From an uncultured Planctomycetia bacterium (GTDB lineage Bacteria; Omnitrophota; Gorgyraeia; Duberdicusellales; 4484-171), in the NCBI GenBank assembly GCA_964629655.1, contig CAZVQU010000001.1, positions 84,788 to 148,787 of the forward strand: a DNA stretch of 64,000 nucleotides, written 5' to 3'. The position numbers were made by a program, and so were the translations under genes. Shown one piece after another: positions 1-8,990 of this stretch (positions are counted from its first letter, which is position 1; every line of letters begins with the position of its first letter). A model generated the notes under the pieces. The model did not search any database. It was given only the letters and a program-made list of their open reading frames with translations, and was not told the origin of the DNA.

Positions 1-343
1 ACTGGGATGGTTTGGAAGCACCCGCAGCCATGGTATAAGTACAACCACTCTTTGCTGCCGAAGCTGTAAAACTACCTGTTACGCTATAAGCCCACCCATC
101 ATTAGGCAAGTCAATATCCAAGGCAGTATTACAGGCAGCATATCCGCTACAAGTCACATATGAATAATTCTCTAAATATTCAATTTTCTCAGCGGTATGC
201 ATCAGCCTTACCTGAGTTGAGGCTTGCCGTCCTTCTGCCCTTCGTCTGACTCCCAGGTAACCGGGTATAGCAAAAGCACTAATTACACCGACTATCCCCA
301 CAACTAAAAGCAACTCTAATAAAGTAAAACTCTTCCTGTCCAT
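1..343 (-). CDS. Type IV pilin-like protein, 3'-truncated by window edge
   Basis: Not in ORF track. Manual translation from ATG at 343: MDRKS-FTLLELLLVVGIVGVISAFAIPGY..., class III signal with E5; open to position 1. Confidence 0.85.
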   Translation of the reverse strand, partial: MDRKSFTLLELLLVVGIVGVISAFAIPGYLGVRRRAEGRQASTQVRLMHTAEKIEYLENYSYVTCSGYAACNTALDIDLPNDGWAYSVTGSFTASAAKSGCTYTMAAGASKPSQ

Positions 344-346
344 AGG

Positions 347-790
347 TTATTCATAACATGCCGGAACATTAATAACACCAGTAGCTATATCAGAGGTGAT
401 TAGAGTGCCAGCCGGGCAACTGCCAATAGCCGTTGTGTTGCTTGCCCTGATCTGGCCGCCTGCGGTTACAGAATAAGTAAAAAGAGTATCATTGTCAACA
501 ACGTCTAAATTCATACCGCTTACTGCCGTGCCTATCGTGGCTTCCACCGCATCGGCAGCCACAACCCAATAAGAACCGTAATCCACCTTATACATCTTTT
601 CTGCCTCAGCTATTAAAGCTATGGCATGTTTGGCTTTGCCGGCTTTGGCCTTAACTGCAACTTTATGATAGGTAACCTTTCCCAGGGTTGCCAGTATGCC
701 AACTATAATTACCGCAATTATAAGCTCAAGAATAGTAAAAGTTAAACGCTTTCGATTACCTTTTTGATCCCTTTTATTTTTTTGCCGCAA
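347..790 (-). CDS. Type IV pilin-like protein (minor pilin)
   Basis: Basic leader, then FTILELIIAVIIVGILA; C-terminal Cys pair; TTG start. Confidence 0.85.
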   Translation of the reverse strand: MRQKNKRDQKGNRKRLTFTILELIIAVIIVGILATLGKVTYHKVAVKAKAGKAKHAIALIAEAEKMYKVDYGSYWVVAADAVEATIGTAVSGMNLDVVDNDTLFTYSVTAGGQIRASNTTAIGSCPAGTLITSDIATGVINVPACYE

Positions 791-808
791 ATTACGCCCC
801 GATTTAAG

Positions 809-1240
809 TCAGTTCCAACACCCAGGAAGACCACCCCAGTTACCAGTATCCACATTAAGAGTTATCACGTCACCTACTCCACAACCGCCAATAGCACCTT
901 TAGGAGTCCCGGAAACCACACCAGCAGTTACAGAATAATCAAAATCATCATCGTTATCTACAGCGGCTAAATTTATGCCGGTTACTGCCGTGCCTATTGT
1001 AGCTTCCACCGCACCAGCAACCACTGCGATATACACATCATTTTTTAATTGGTAAATACTCTCGGCCTTAGCCACTAAGGCAATAGCTTGCCTGGCTTTA
1101 CTGGCTTTGGCCCTCACCACTGCCCCGCGATACTGAGGCACTACTACACCTACCAAGATACTTATGACAATCGCCACAACCATAAGCTCTATAAGAGTTA
1201 GACAAACTCGGCGATTTTCTCTCTTTAATCTTAATTTCAT
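809..1240 (-). CDS. Type IV pilin-like protein (minor pilin), paralog of 347..790
   Basis: LTLIELMVVAIVISIL; shares VEATIGTAV.G.NL..VDND with neighbour; C-terminal Cys pair. Confidence 0.85.
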   Translation of the reverse strand: MKLRLKRENRRVCLTLIELMVVAIVISILVGVVVPQYRGAVVRAKASKARQAIALVAKAESIYQLKNDVYIAVVAGAVEATIGTAVTGINLAAVDNDDDFDYSVTAGVVSGTPKGAIGGCGVGDVITLNVDTGNWGGLPGCWN

Positions 1241-1254
1241 TAACTTCTATTCTC

Positions 1255-1286
1255 TAAAAAAGGCTTTGACTTATTTACCTTTTTTA
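1255..1286 (-). terminator. Weak intrinsic terminator/attenuator-like hairpin after the putative major pilin
   Basis: TAAAAAAGG...CCTTTTTTA inverted repeat; low-GC stem and long loop. Confidence 0.4.
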
Positions 1287-1331
1287 AACGAACCGGCTTA
1301 CGAACTGCGAATTAAAATGCTAAGCTAGGCG

Positions 1332-1799
1332 TCAAGGACATCCGATTGCACAAGCAGCCGCATCGGCAGACAGTGTCTTGCCACTTTGTATACACTTGCT
1401 ATAGCTAAGCCTACCACCGGTACCACTGGTTCTCGCCGCCTGAATATAAGCAGTAGATGCAGTTCCGGCTCCTACTACGGTATAGCTAAAATTGGTTGAT
1501 GAAGGCAAAGCCATGGTAATATCAGTAGTACCATCACCATCAACGTCAACTACAATAGGAAAGGAAGCTGTATAGGCTCCACTAGCTGAAAATTCAGCTA
1601 ACTCAGCATCCCTTATTGATTGCATTGTTGTGAAAGCCTCTGCTTCACGAGCTTTTTCTATCTGAGCAAGGAACTGGGGAAAAGCTACTGATGCCAAAAT
1701 AGATACGATAATCACCACGATTATCAACTCCATGAGAGTAAAACCACCTCTTCTTCTCATACGACTCCTCCTTTTTTTCTTCTTATTCTTAAAATACAT
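1332..1799 (-). CDS. Type IV pilin, probable major pilin (PilA/PilE-like); alternative start at 1760
   Basis: Canonical G|FTLMELIIVVIIVSILASVAFPQF; own promoter; GAGGAG SD before both ATG 1799 and ATG 1760. Confidence 0.88.
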   Translation of the reverse strand: MYFKNKKKKRRSRMRRRGGFTLMELIIVVIIVSILASVAFPQFLAQIEKAREAEAFTTMQSIRDAELAEFSASGAYTASFPIVVDVDGDGTTDITMALPSSTNFSYTVVGAGTASTAYIQAARTSGTGGRLSYSKCIQSGKTLSADAAACAIGCP

Positions 1800-1817
1800 T
1801 TATCTCCTCTGCTTCTT

Positions 1818-1847
1818 TTTATACCACGCTCTCTGCCTCAATGTCAA
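1818..1847 (-). promoter_or_regulatory. Sigma70-type promoter for the pilin genes
   Basis: TTGACA-18 nt-TATAAA with extended -10 TG on - strand. Confidence 0.6.
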
Positions 1848-1873
1848 CCGAAATAAAAGATATTTACTTTTAT

Positions 1874-3103
1874 TTATCCCAAAGTAGAAAGCTTAAATAA
1901 AGGTAAAAATAAAGCAATGACAACACCTCCGACCATCACTCCGATAAGAACAATCATAACTGGTTCAAAAGCAGCAATAAGACGCTCTATGCGTGAAGTA
2001 AGATCCTTTTGATAGTGAGCAGATATTTTACTAAAGACCTGAGGCATATTCCCAGTCTCTTCGCCAATTTTGGCCATCTCTGAAATCAAAAGAGGAAAAA
2101 TCTCTAATTTCCGAAATTCATCGGATAAAGAGGCTCCATCCCTTACTCTTTCGGTTACTTGGAGAAGGCTTTTTTCTAAAACAGAATTACCTGTTCCGCG
2201 CGCGACAACCTCCAAGGTATACACCAAAGGTAATCCGCTGTCTAGAAGAATGAAAATCGTAGAAGTGAGACGCTCCAGGGCGGTAAGAGATGCTAAATCA
2301 CCGATAATCGGCAATTTCAATTTTATCCTATCCCAAAGCTTCTTGGTCTCTGTTTGCTTTGCAAAAAAGGAAAAACCAAAAACTACACCAGCCATAATAG
2401 CCAAAACTAAAATAAAATTCGTCTCTAAAAATTTGCTTATGCTAAAAAGAGTTCTGGTAAGCAGGGGAAGCTCTATATCAAACTGTTCAAATAAACTAGT
2501 AAATTTAGGAAGAATAAGCTTAAAGAATATAAGAACCGCTCCAATCGCTACAAATAAAAGAATAGCCGGATAAATAAGCGCTCCTTTGATCTTTCTTTCA
2601 AAATTTATCCTTACCTCTAAATAATCAGCTATTTTTTCTAAAACGAATGGGAGATTTCCCGAAGCTTCCCCTACCTCTACCAAGCCTCTCCAAAGAGGAG
2701 AAAAAACTCTAGGATACTTAACAATCGCCTCGCTCAAGGATAGCCCTTCTTTTATATATTCACTGCACTGCTTTAATATTTTCTCAAGCCTGACACTCTC
2801 AGCCTGGAAAGAAAGAATCTCTAAGCTTCTTAAGAGAGTGAGCCCGCTAGAAAGTGTAGTCGAAAGATTACGGGCAAGGAATGCTAAGTCATTAGGCTCA
2901 ATCTTGGTCCGTTTGCCTTTAGTGGTAATAAATGAGGAAAAAAAGGAAGGACCCCCCGTCCTTTCTTTCACTTCTTTTATCGATACTATGAATAAACCTT
3001 TTGCTCTAAGCCTGGCGATGACATCGTCTCGTGTGGAAAGTTTTACAACTTCTTCTACAGTTTTACCCTCCTGTGTTTTTGCTACATACTTAAATTTCGG
3101 CAT
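1874..3103 (-). CDS. pilC: Type IV pilus inner membrane platform protein PilC (GspF family)
   Basis: MPKFKYVA start, two T2SSF repeats (GEASGNL, GEETGNM), EP..I motif, three TM segments. Confidence 0.93.
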   Translation of the reverse strand: MPKFKYVAKTQEGKTVEEVVKLSTRDDVIARLRAKGLFIVSIKEVKERTGGPSFFSSFITTKGKRTKIEPNDLAFLARNLSTTLSSGLTLLRSLEILSFQAESVRLEKILKQCSEYIKEGLSLSEAIVKYPRVFSPLWRGLVEVGEASGNLPFVLEKIADYLEVRINFERKIKGALIYPAILLFVAIGAVLIFFKLILPKFTSLFEQFDIELPLLTRTLFSISKFLETNFILVLAIMAGVVFGFSFFAKQTETKKLWDRIKLKLPIIGDLASLTALERLTSTIFILLDSGLPLVYTLEVVARGTGNSVLEKSLLQVTERVRDGASLSDEFRKLEIFPLLISEMAKIGEETGNMPQVFSKISAHYQKDLTSRIERLIAAFEPVMIVLIGVMVGGVVIALFLPLFKLSTLG

Positions 3104-3174
3104 GGTTATTCTTTTTTGGCGTCGGTTCTCTACTTTTCAGTACGCACTTTATTAGAAAGCTACCCCTTTCATTT

Positions 3175-4884
3175 CTATACTCCAGCCACAGAAAGAACTT
3201 CTTCTAAAGAAGTAACGCCTTCCTCAACCCTTTTGAATCCACTCTCTAGTAGAGGTAAGGTTCCTTTCTTTTTAGCTACTTCCATAATTTGCGAAGAAGA
3301 CAAACCCTTGTGCACCGCCGCTTTAATCTCATCATCAATCAAAACAACCTCATTGATTACTGATCTTCCTTTATAACCGATAAAGTTACACTTCTCACAA
3401 CCTTTAGGTTTGTAAATAACCGGAGAGCTCGAAGTAATGCTCTGAGGAATGTCTTCAGGCCTAACTTCGTAAGGCTCCTTGCAATCAGGGCAAAGATTTC
3501 TTATCAATCGCTGAGCAATGATAAGCCGCAGCGATGCCACAACAAGGTAATTAGGCATACCTATATCAACTAATCTATCAATTGTAGAAATTGCATCATT
3601 CGTATGCAGGGTCGAGAACACTAAGTGCCCGGTAAGGGCTGCTCTGATGGTCATCTCAGCAGTTTCTAAATCTCTTATCTCACCTATTAGTATTATATCG
3701 GGATCTTGCCTTAAGAAACACTTTAAGGCGTTAGCAAAAGTTAGACCTATTTCCGGCTTGACCTGAACCTGATTTATCCCTGCAATTCTATATTCCACTG
3801 GATCTTCAGCAGTGAGAATATTTTTAGCCGTTGACTTCACCTCATTTAAAGCAGCATAAAGTGTGGTCGACTTACCTGACCCTGTAGGCCCGACAAGGAG
3901 AACAAGGCCGCAAGAACAATCAACTCCACGCCGTATACTCTCTAACTCCTGAGGTAGAAAACCCAAGCTTGCTAAATCTAAGGATATACGGCTCTTATCA
4001 AGAATTCTTAAAACTATTTTTTCTCCGTAAATAGTGGGCATAGATGAAACGCGTAAGTCTATAAACCGCTTACCTATCTTTACCATAAATCCACCATCTT
4101 GAGGAAGACGTTTCTCGGCAATATCCATCTTAGAAAGAATCTTTATCCGGGAAATAATCGGTAAGTAAAGTGATGTCGAGGGCGAAGGCATATCATACAA
4201 AATACCGTCAATCCTATACCTTAAACTTAACTTATCATAATGAGGTTCCAGATGTATATCGGAAGCATTTTCCTCAATCGACTGCCTTATTAAAAGGTCT
4301 ACCAGTTTTACTACCGGCGCCTCTTCAGCCTGAGCGATTAGTTTATCCAAGCTTAGGTCTGTCTCCTCTGAGGATATTTCTTTTATCTCCCCTCCAAAAC
4401 CACCATCACCGGCAGCCTGAATAGCTTCCCGAAAAATCTTCTCTTTCCCGTAGAAATCCCCAATGGCCTTTAGAATATTCGCCTTGGTAGATACGACAGG
4501 ATTTATTTCGCAGCCAGTAATTTTCTTAAGATTATCAATAAGGATTAAATCTAGGGGATCAAACATTACAACGGTTAAAGAATTAAGATTGCGAGAGAGA
4601 GGCAGGACAATATTTCTTATCGCAAAATCGTGAAGAAGCAATGTTTCTAAATTCTGGTCAGGCGTAGGGGTAAGCCTACCCGAAGCTAAAGAGATATAAG
4701 GAATAGCTAGCTGCTTACTTAAAGCAACAACCCTCTGCTCGTCATTTACATAACCTAAGTTGATTAAAACCTCTCCTAATTTACCCCCCTCTTTTGCTTG
4801 TAAGGCTATAGCCTCCTCAAGTTGTTTCTCGGTAATAATACCTTCAGAAATTAATATGTCCCCTAATCTTTTATATCTTGCCAT
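3175..4884 (-). CDS. pilB: Type IV pilus assembly ATPase PilB (GspE family) with N-terminal MshEN domain
   Basis: Walker A GPTGSGKST, RQDPDIILIGEIRD, TGHLVFSTLHTN, CxxC...CxxC zinc site, RLGDILISEG MshEN motif. Confidence 0.94.
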   Translation of the reverse strand: MARYKRLGDILISEGIITEKQLEEAIALQAKEGGKLGEVLINLGYVNDEQRVVALSKQLAIPYISLASGRLTPTPDQNLETLLLHDFAIRNIVLPLSRNLNSLTVVMFDPLDLILIDNLKKITGCEINPVVSTKANILKAIGDFYGKEKIFREAIQAAGDGGFGGEIKEISSEETDLSLDKLIAQAEEAPVVKLVDLLIRQSIEENASDIHLEPHYDKLSLRYRIDGILYDMPSPSTSLYLPIISRIKILSKMDIAEKRLPQDGGFMVKIGKRFIDLRVSSMPTIYGEKIVLRILDKSRISLDLASLGFLPQELESIRRGVDCSCGLVLLVGPTGSGKSTTLYAALNEVKSTAKNILTAEDPVEYRIAGINQVQVKPEIGLTFANALKCFLRQDPDIILIGEIRDLETAEMTIRAALTGHLVFSTLHTNDAISTIDRLVDIGMPNYLVVASLRLIIAQRLIRNLCPDCKEPYEVRPEDIPQSITSSSPVIYKPKGCEKCNFIGYKGRSVINEVVLIDDEIKAAVHKGLSSSQIMEVAKKKGTLPLLESGFKRVEEGVTSLEEVLSVAGV

Positions 4885-4928
4885 CTTTTGAAAATGTTAC
4901 ACGGACGATAATGGAATAACCTAACGAT

Positions 4929-6395
4929 TTATTTATGATGACGGTCTAAAGCAACTCTTACCGAACTTTCCTTTGAATAATTTTGTTGTTCCCGGGAAAG
5001 AGCCCTTGCTTTCTTAATCAAGTTTTCTCTATCTCTCAAAATACTCGGTGTTAAAAACACAAAAAGTTCCCGATTCATATTATCAGCTATAGGCCGGCTT
5101 TTGTAACGGAAAAGGCTTCCGAGAATAGGAATGTCCCCTAAGAAAGGTATCTTTGTAATAGTTTTCTGATCCTCTTTTTTCAATAACCCTCCGATAAAGA
5201 GTGTCTCTCCAGCCTTAAGCCTAATTATAGACTTAGTGCCTCTCTCTTCAACATTCTTTACAAAGCCATCAGTCATTCCCGATATTGAGATGCCACTATC
5301 CGTAGATTCCCGATTGAACACATCAATAACTAAGGTAATTTCATCAGTGCCTATGCTTACTTGAGGAGTAACCCTTAGCCTCGTTCCTGTATCATCTCTT
5401 TCTACCGTCTGGGTAGTAGTACCATCTTCATTCGTGGTAGTAGTAAGGCCGACTACTTCATTCACGGTAAGATTAACCTCTGCGGTTTCGTTAGCGAGAG
5501 TAAGTATTCTTGGTCGGGCAAGAAACTTTGTGGTGGTATCTTTTGATAAAAATTGCATTACTGTTGTGAATTGGGTGAAATTTAATGTTGAAAGAGTAGG
5601 ATTGGCACCACCTAGACTTTGGCCCGACCACTTATCAAACCATGGAAATGTGGTTGCTCTTGAACCAGGAGTAAACGTACCATACAAACCATTTGCAAAG
5701 TTAAATCCTATTTGCTCAAGGCGAGACTTGGAAACATCCATCATCTCTACTTCAATCATAATTTTAGCAGGAGGAGTATCTAATTTACTTATCACTTGAT
5801 CAATCGCCGAAAATTGCACTGGCACATCAACCACAACCAAAGAATTCGTTACCGGATCTTCTGTCACCCTTCCGAATTCTGTCAGCACTGACTCTATGGC
5901 ACTCTTGATTCCTGTTCCTCCTTCGTCTCCGCCTTCTCCTCCGGATTCTCCTTCACTGTCGCCGCCTAATATATCTGCAACTTCTGTTTCCATCTTGGAA
6001 GATTTTACCCTTACATATCTTAATTGATAAACTTTAGTCTTCAGCTCTAAGGTAGGTTTACCCATTTCCTTAACTATAAATATTTTAGGATCAGGGTAAT
6101 AATCATAAGCAAGGTTATTTGCCTTAAAGATTACATCCATTGCCTCCCTTAAAGGCACCTCTTCCATGTATAAAGTTAACACCCTTTCCTCTACTGCCTC
6201 GGTAGAGATAAAGTTAAGCTTGATTTGCTGAGAAAGCATCTTTAAAACGTCTACCAATCGCGCACTCTCTAAATCCAAAGACACTTTCCTATCAAAGCTT
6301 TCGAGTAAATAGTCTCCGTAGATATTGTCCTGAGAAAAAACCCCGCTTGACGAAAGCATAAGAAACAGAAAAACCATTAAAAAACCCTTTTTCAT
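4929..6395 (-). CDS. pilQ: Secretin (PilQ/GspD family), short form
   Basis: Signal peptide, STN-like N0 domain, D..TNSLVV N3 motif, KIPFLGDIPILGSLFR secretin signature. Confidence 0.9.
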   Translation of the reverse strand: MKKGFLMVFLFLMLSSSGVFSQDNIYGDYLLESFDRKVSLDLESARLVDVLKMLSQQIKLNFISTEAVEERVLTLYMEEVPLREAMDVIFKANNLAYDYYPDPKIFIVKEMGKPTLELKTKVYQLRYVRVKSSKMETEVADILGGDSEGESGGEGGDEGGTGIKSAIESVLTEFGRVTEDPVTNSLVVVDVPVQFSAIDQVISKLDTPPAKIMIEVEMMDVSKSRLEQIGFNFANGLYGTFTPGSRATTFPWFDKWSGQSLGGANPTLSTLNFTQFTTVMQFLSKDTTTKFLARPRILTLANETAEVNLTVNEVVGLTTTTNEDGTTTQTVERDDTGTRLRVTPQVSIGTDEITLVIDVFNRESTDSGISISGMTDGFVKNVEERGTKSIIRLKAGETLFIGGLLKKEDQKTITKIPFLGDIPILGSLFRYKSRPIADNMNRELFVFLTPSILRDRENLIKKARALSREQQNYSKESSVRVALDRHHK

Positions 6396-6760
6396 ATCTC
6401 CTCCTCTTTTCCAACTCTCATTTTATATATTCTTTCTCCATAAGAAATAAATACTTCGCCTTCCTCAATTTTAAGAACTTGGGCATCTATATTTTTAAGC
6501 TTATCGCCAGGCTTGTAAACTTCTCCTTCAATTATCACTTGCGGGAAATCGCTCCGCCAAAGAATACCTTGTATAGTTATAGAAGGAATGTCACCCGCTA
6601 TCTCCTTAATTGCCTTCTTTTGTTCTTCTCCTCCCTTCTTTATCTTTACCTCTACTTGCGGCAATAAAGACTCGAAGGGATCCTTGTATTTGCTCTGAGA
6701 ATAGGCAAAACTTAAAAAACCTAAAGATACTAGAATAAAAATAAATATTTTCTTCATCAT
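6392..6760 (-). CDS. PilP/GspC-like pilus alignment protein
   Basis: Signal peptide, KDPF motif, IQGILW..VIIEGEVYKPGD beta domain; directly before secretin. Confidence 0.65.
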   Translation of the reverse strand: MMKKIFIFILVSLGFLSFAYSQSKYKDPFESLLPQVEVKIKKGGEEQKKAIKEIAGDIPSITIQGILWRSDFPQVIIEGEVYKPGDKLKNIDAQVLKIEEGEVFISYGERIYKMRVGKEEEI

Positions 6761-7251
6761 TCTTTAATAATAAACCCTTTTAGTGCTAAATTGATTATTT
6801 CATCCCTTTCCTCCCGACTGCTAGTTATCGTAACTCCTTCTACAGCTACGCCTTTCATTTCCATGGCCTTCACAAAATCCGTAAAATCTTTATAAGAACA
6901 TATCATACCTAGGTTCATCACCATCTCCCAATAAAGCTTCTTTTCTACATTAGAAGTCTTTATGGAAGTGATCTTTATTCCAAGACCATTAGCTTTTTCC
7001 TCTACAAACTTTTTAAAAGTTAAGGTATCTTTGGTTAAAAACTTACTGGCTAATTCTGCGGTATTCCGCTCTAGATTCTTCCACCTTTCTATTATTCTCT
7101 CCCCTTCCTCCAGCTCCTGCGCTTTTACAATCACCTCCTCCCTCTTTAAGGAATGCTGAGAGATTATGCCCTTAGCTATTCGGACGAAAGTAATAATAAT
7201 GATTATTCCGATAATTATATTTTTGTATGGTGAAAGAATTTTTGCATCCAT
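6757..7251 (-). CDS. PilO/GspM-like pilus alignment protein
   Basis: N-terminal TM, coiled coil, SYKDFTDFVKAME ferredoxin-like motif; position in operon. Confidence 0.65.
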   Translation of the reverse strand: MDAKILSPYKNIIIGIIIIITFVRIAKGIISQHSLKREEVIVKAQELEEGERIIERWKNLERNTAELASKFLTKDTLTFKKFVEEKANGLGIKITSIKTSNVEKKLYWEMVMNLGMICSYKDFTDFVKAMEMKGVAVEGVTITSSREERDEIINLALKGFIIKE

Positions 7252-7256
7252 AACCT

Positions 7257-8747
7257 TTATTCCTCCAAAGTAATAGAAAACTGTGTAACTTCAAAACTCT
7301 CTATTCTCTTCCTGTCAGAAGATTGAAGCTCTACCCTGCTAAAAATCGTCTTTATTGCCTTATCATTCTTTAAGTTAGAAATAAACTCATCTACCCCTAA
7401 CCTCTCTTTGTAATCATCATTACGGAAGATATAGCCGGTTATAACCGCTTTAAATTTTCCCTTTTTTCCAGCAATGTTTAGTCCGGAAAGCCATAACCTA
7501 CGCGGAAGTATATCTTCGGTAGCTATCCTCTCAAAAAGGGGAGAAAAATGGGGAAAAGTGGTTAGCACCTTTTTGATAGTATTAAGCTTCTCTTCCTCCA
7601 CGCTCAACTTCTCTGCCCTCTCCGACCAAGAAAGCACATCTAAAACAGCTGGTACAATCAACCTTTCTTCTTTTCTCTTCAAGGCAGAAGTCTTGCCCAC
7701 TATCTCATTTCCTAATATTAAAGAAAGAAATACGGTCGCGGTTAACCCGATACCTGTTAATAAACTTAATGTCTTTATCCTTAAAGCAACGCTTGCTCGA
7801 GGCCCCCTCAAAGGAGCCAAGCGTTCCTCAGTCTTTATCAAATAAGGTTTAAATTTATGAGGTAAATGCTCCCGGCCTGCCACGCCAAAAGCCTTGACAT
7901 TTTCCACTTGAGCATTATTGCGATTAGTCAAGTCATAGGATGAAACAGGCTCTACCTCAATCTGTAACCCTTCCTTCAAAGGCGAAACTAAACTCGCTAC
8001 GTTAGAATCTCCTACTATAATAAATCTATCTAATTCGTAATTTTTGAATTCTCTCTTAAAATACTGGAAAGAAAAGTTTACTACTTCAATAAAGCTATTT
8101 AAGTCAAGAACACCTTCCTTTCTAGGAACAATAAGGTAACGATTAAATACTGGTAAATCTTGTTGAAAAAAAGTGAGAGAGGCTTCAGCTTGATTAAAAT
8201 CCAGGATAACGAAATTTTTAGACTGAGCGAATTTCTTTAATGACTTTACAACCCTAGCCAAAGATATACAGGAAGGCTCTATTGTCACTGCTTTGAGCTC
8301 TAAGCGCGACAATATAGATTTAATCCTCTGAAAATTGCCCTCCTTTATTCCTACGAAAGAAAGGCTGATCTTCCTTTCTCTGGGAAAATTAACATAGCTA
8401 TAATCCCAGACTAACTCCTCCATTTTAAAAGGAATATACTTTTCCATCTCATAAGCCAAAGAAGACTCTATTTCCTTTTTCTTCATGGTAGGCATTTCAA
8501 GGGGTCTGAAAATGAAATCTCTATCAGCAAGAGAAACGTAGATATCGCTATCATCACTATTAGCCTCTCTTAAGGTCTTGTTTATCAAAGCTTCCCATCT
8601 TACATCCTCATTCTTGCTCTCACTTCCTGTCTCCTCTAAAGAAGAAAACTCAAACCTCCCTAAAGAAAGGATATCCTTACCCTGGAGTACTGTCACGCCT
8701 ACAGAATTTATTCCTAAATACAAGCCAACCTTTGTATCTTTCGCCAT
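7257..8747 (-). CDS. pilM: PilM actin-like protein fused to TM and a PilN-like periplasmic domain
   Basis: VGLYLG start, EMEKYIPFKMEELVWDY PilM motif, one TM near aa 325-345, LPRRLWLSGL PilN-like motif. Confidence 0.75.
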   Translation of the reverse strand: MAKDTKVGLYLGINSVGVTVLQGKDILSLGRFEFSSLEETGSESKNEDVRWEALINKTLREANSDDSDIYVSLADRDFIFRPLEMPTMKKKEIESSLAYEMEKYIPFKMEELVWDYSYVNFPRERKISLSFVGIKEGNFQRIKSILSRLELKAVTIEPSCISLARVVKSLKKFAQSKNFVILDFNQAEASLTFFQQDLPVFNRYLIVPRKEGVLDLNSFIEVVNFSFQYFKREFKNYELDRFIIVGDSNVASLVSPLKEGLQIEVEPVSSYDLTNRNNAQVENVKAFGVAGREHLPHKFKPYLIKTEERLAPLRGPRASVALRIKTLSLLTGIGLTATVFLSLILGNEIVGKTSALKRKEERLIVPAVLDVLSWSERAEKLSVEEEKLNTIKKVLTTFPHFSPLFERIATEDILPRRLWLSGLNIAGKKGKFKAVITGYIFRNDDYKERLGVDEFISNLKNDKAIKTIFSRVELQSSDRKRIESFEVTQFSITLEE

Positions 8748-8749
8748 AC

Positions 8750-8935
8750 CTAACCCCTACCGCATTTTCTCAGCCAATCATCAATATACTTCCGGTCAAA
8801 GCGCCATACTTTGCCGATTTTTATCCCTGATATCCTCTTATTATGTAGCCAATTATAAATAGTCTGCTTCTGCAAGCCTAAATAATCAGCCAACTCTTCA
8901 ACACTCATTAAACGCGGCATTCTTTTTTTCATCAT
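8750..8935 (-). CDS. Small HTH_17 (excisionase/BldC/MerR-like) DNA-binding protein
   Basis: LMSVEELADYLGLQKQTIYNW...KIGKVWRF matches HTH_17 pattern; 2 bp before pilM. Confidence 0.88.
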   Translation of the reverse strand: MMKKRMPRLMSVEELADYLGLQKQTIYNWLHNKRISGIKIGKVWRFDRKYIDDWLRKCGRG

Positions 8936-8959
8936 TTTGTATAATTATGTTATATCTCT

Positions 8960-8988
8960 ATTAAAATCCTTTTGTTTGTTGATGTCAA
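8960..8988 (-). promoter_or_regulatory. Sigma70-type promoter of the HTH-pil operon
   Basis: TTGACA-17 nt-TTTAAT on - strand. Confidence 0.65.
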
Positions 8989-8990
8989 GA

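Noticed and set aside
347-1240. Diversity-generating retroelement TR/VR pair in the pilin paralogs
   Set aside because: Both copies are coding, differences are not adenine-specific, and no reverse transcriptase is in the window
8750-8935. Excisionase-like gene as a sign of a prophage or ICE
   Set aside because: No integrase, att repeat or phage genes nearby; it is embedded as first gene of the pil operon
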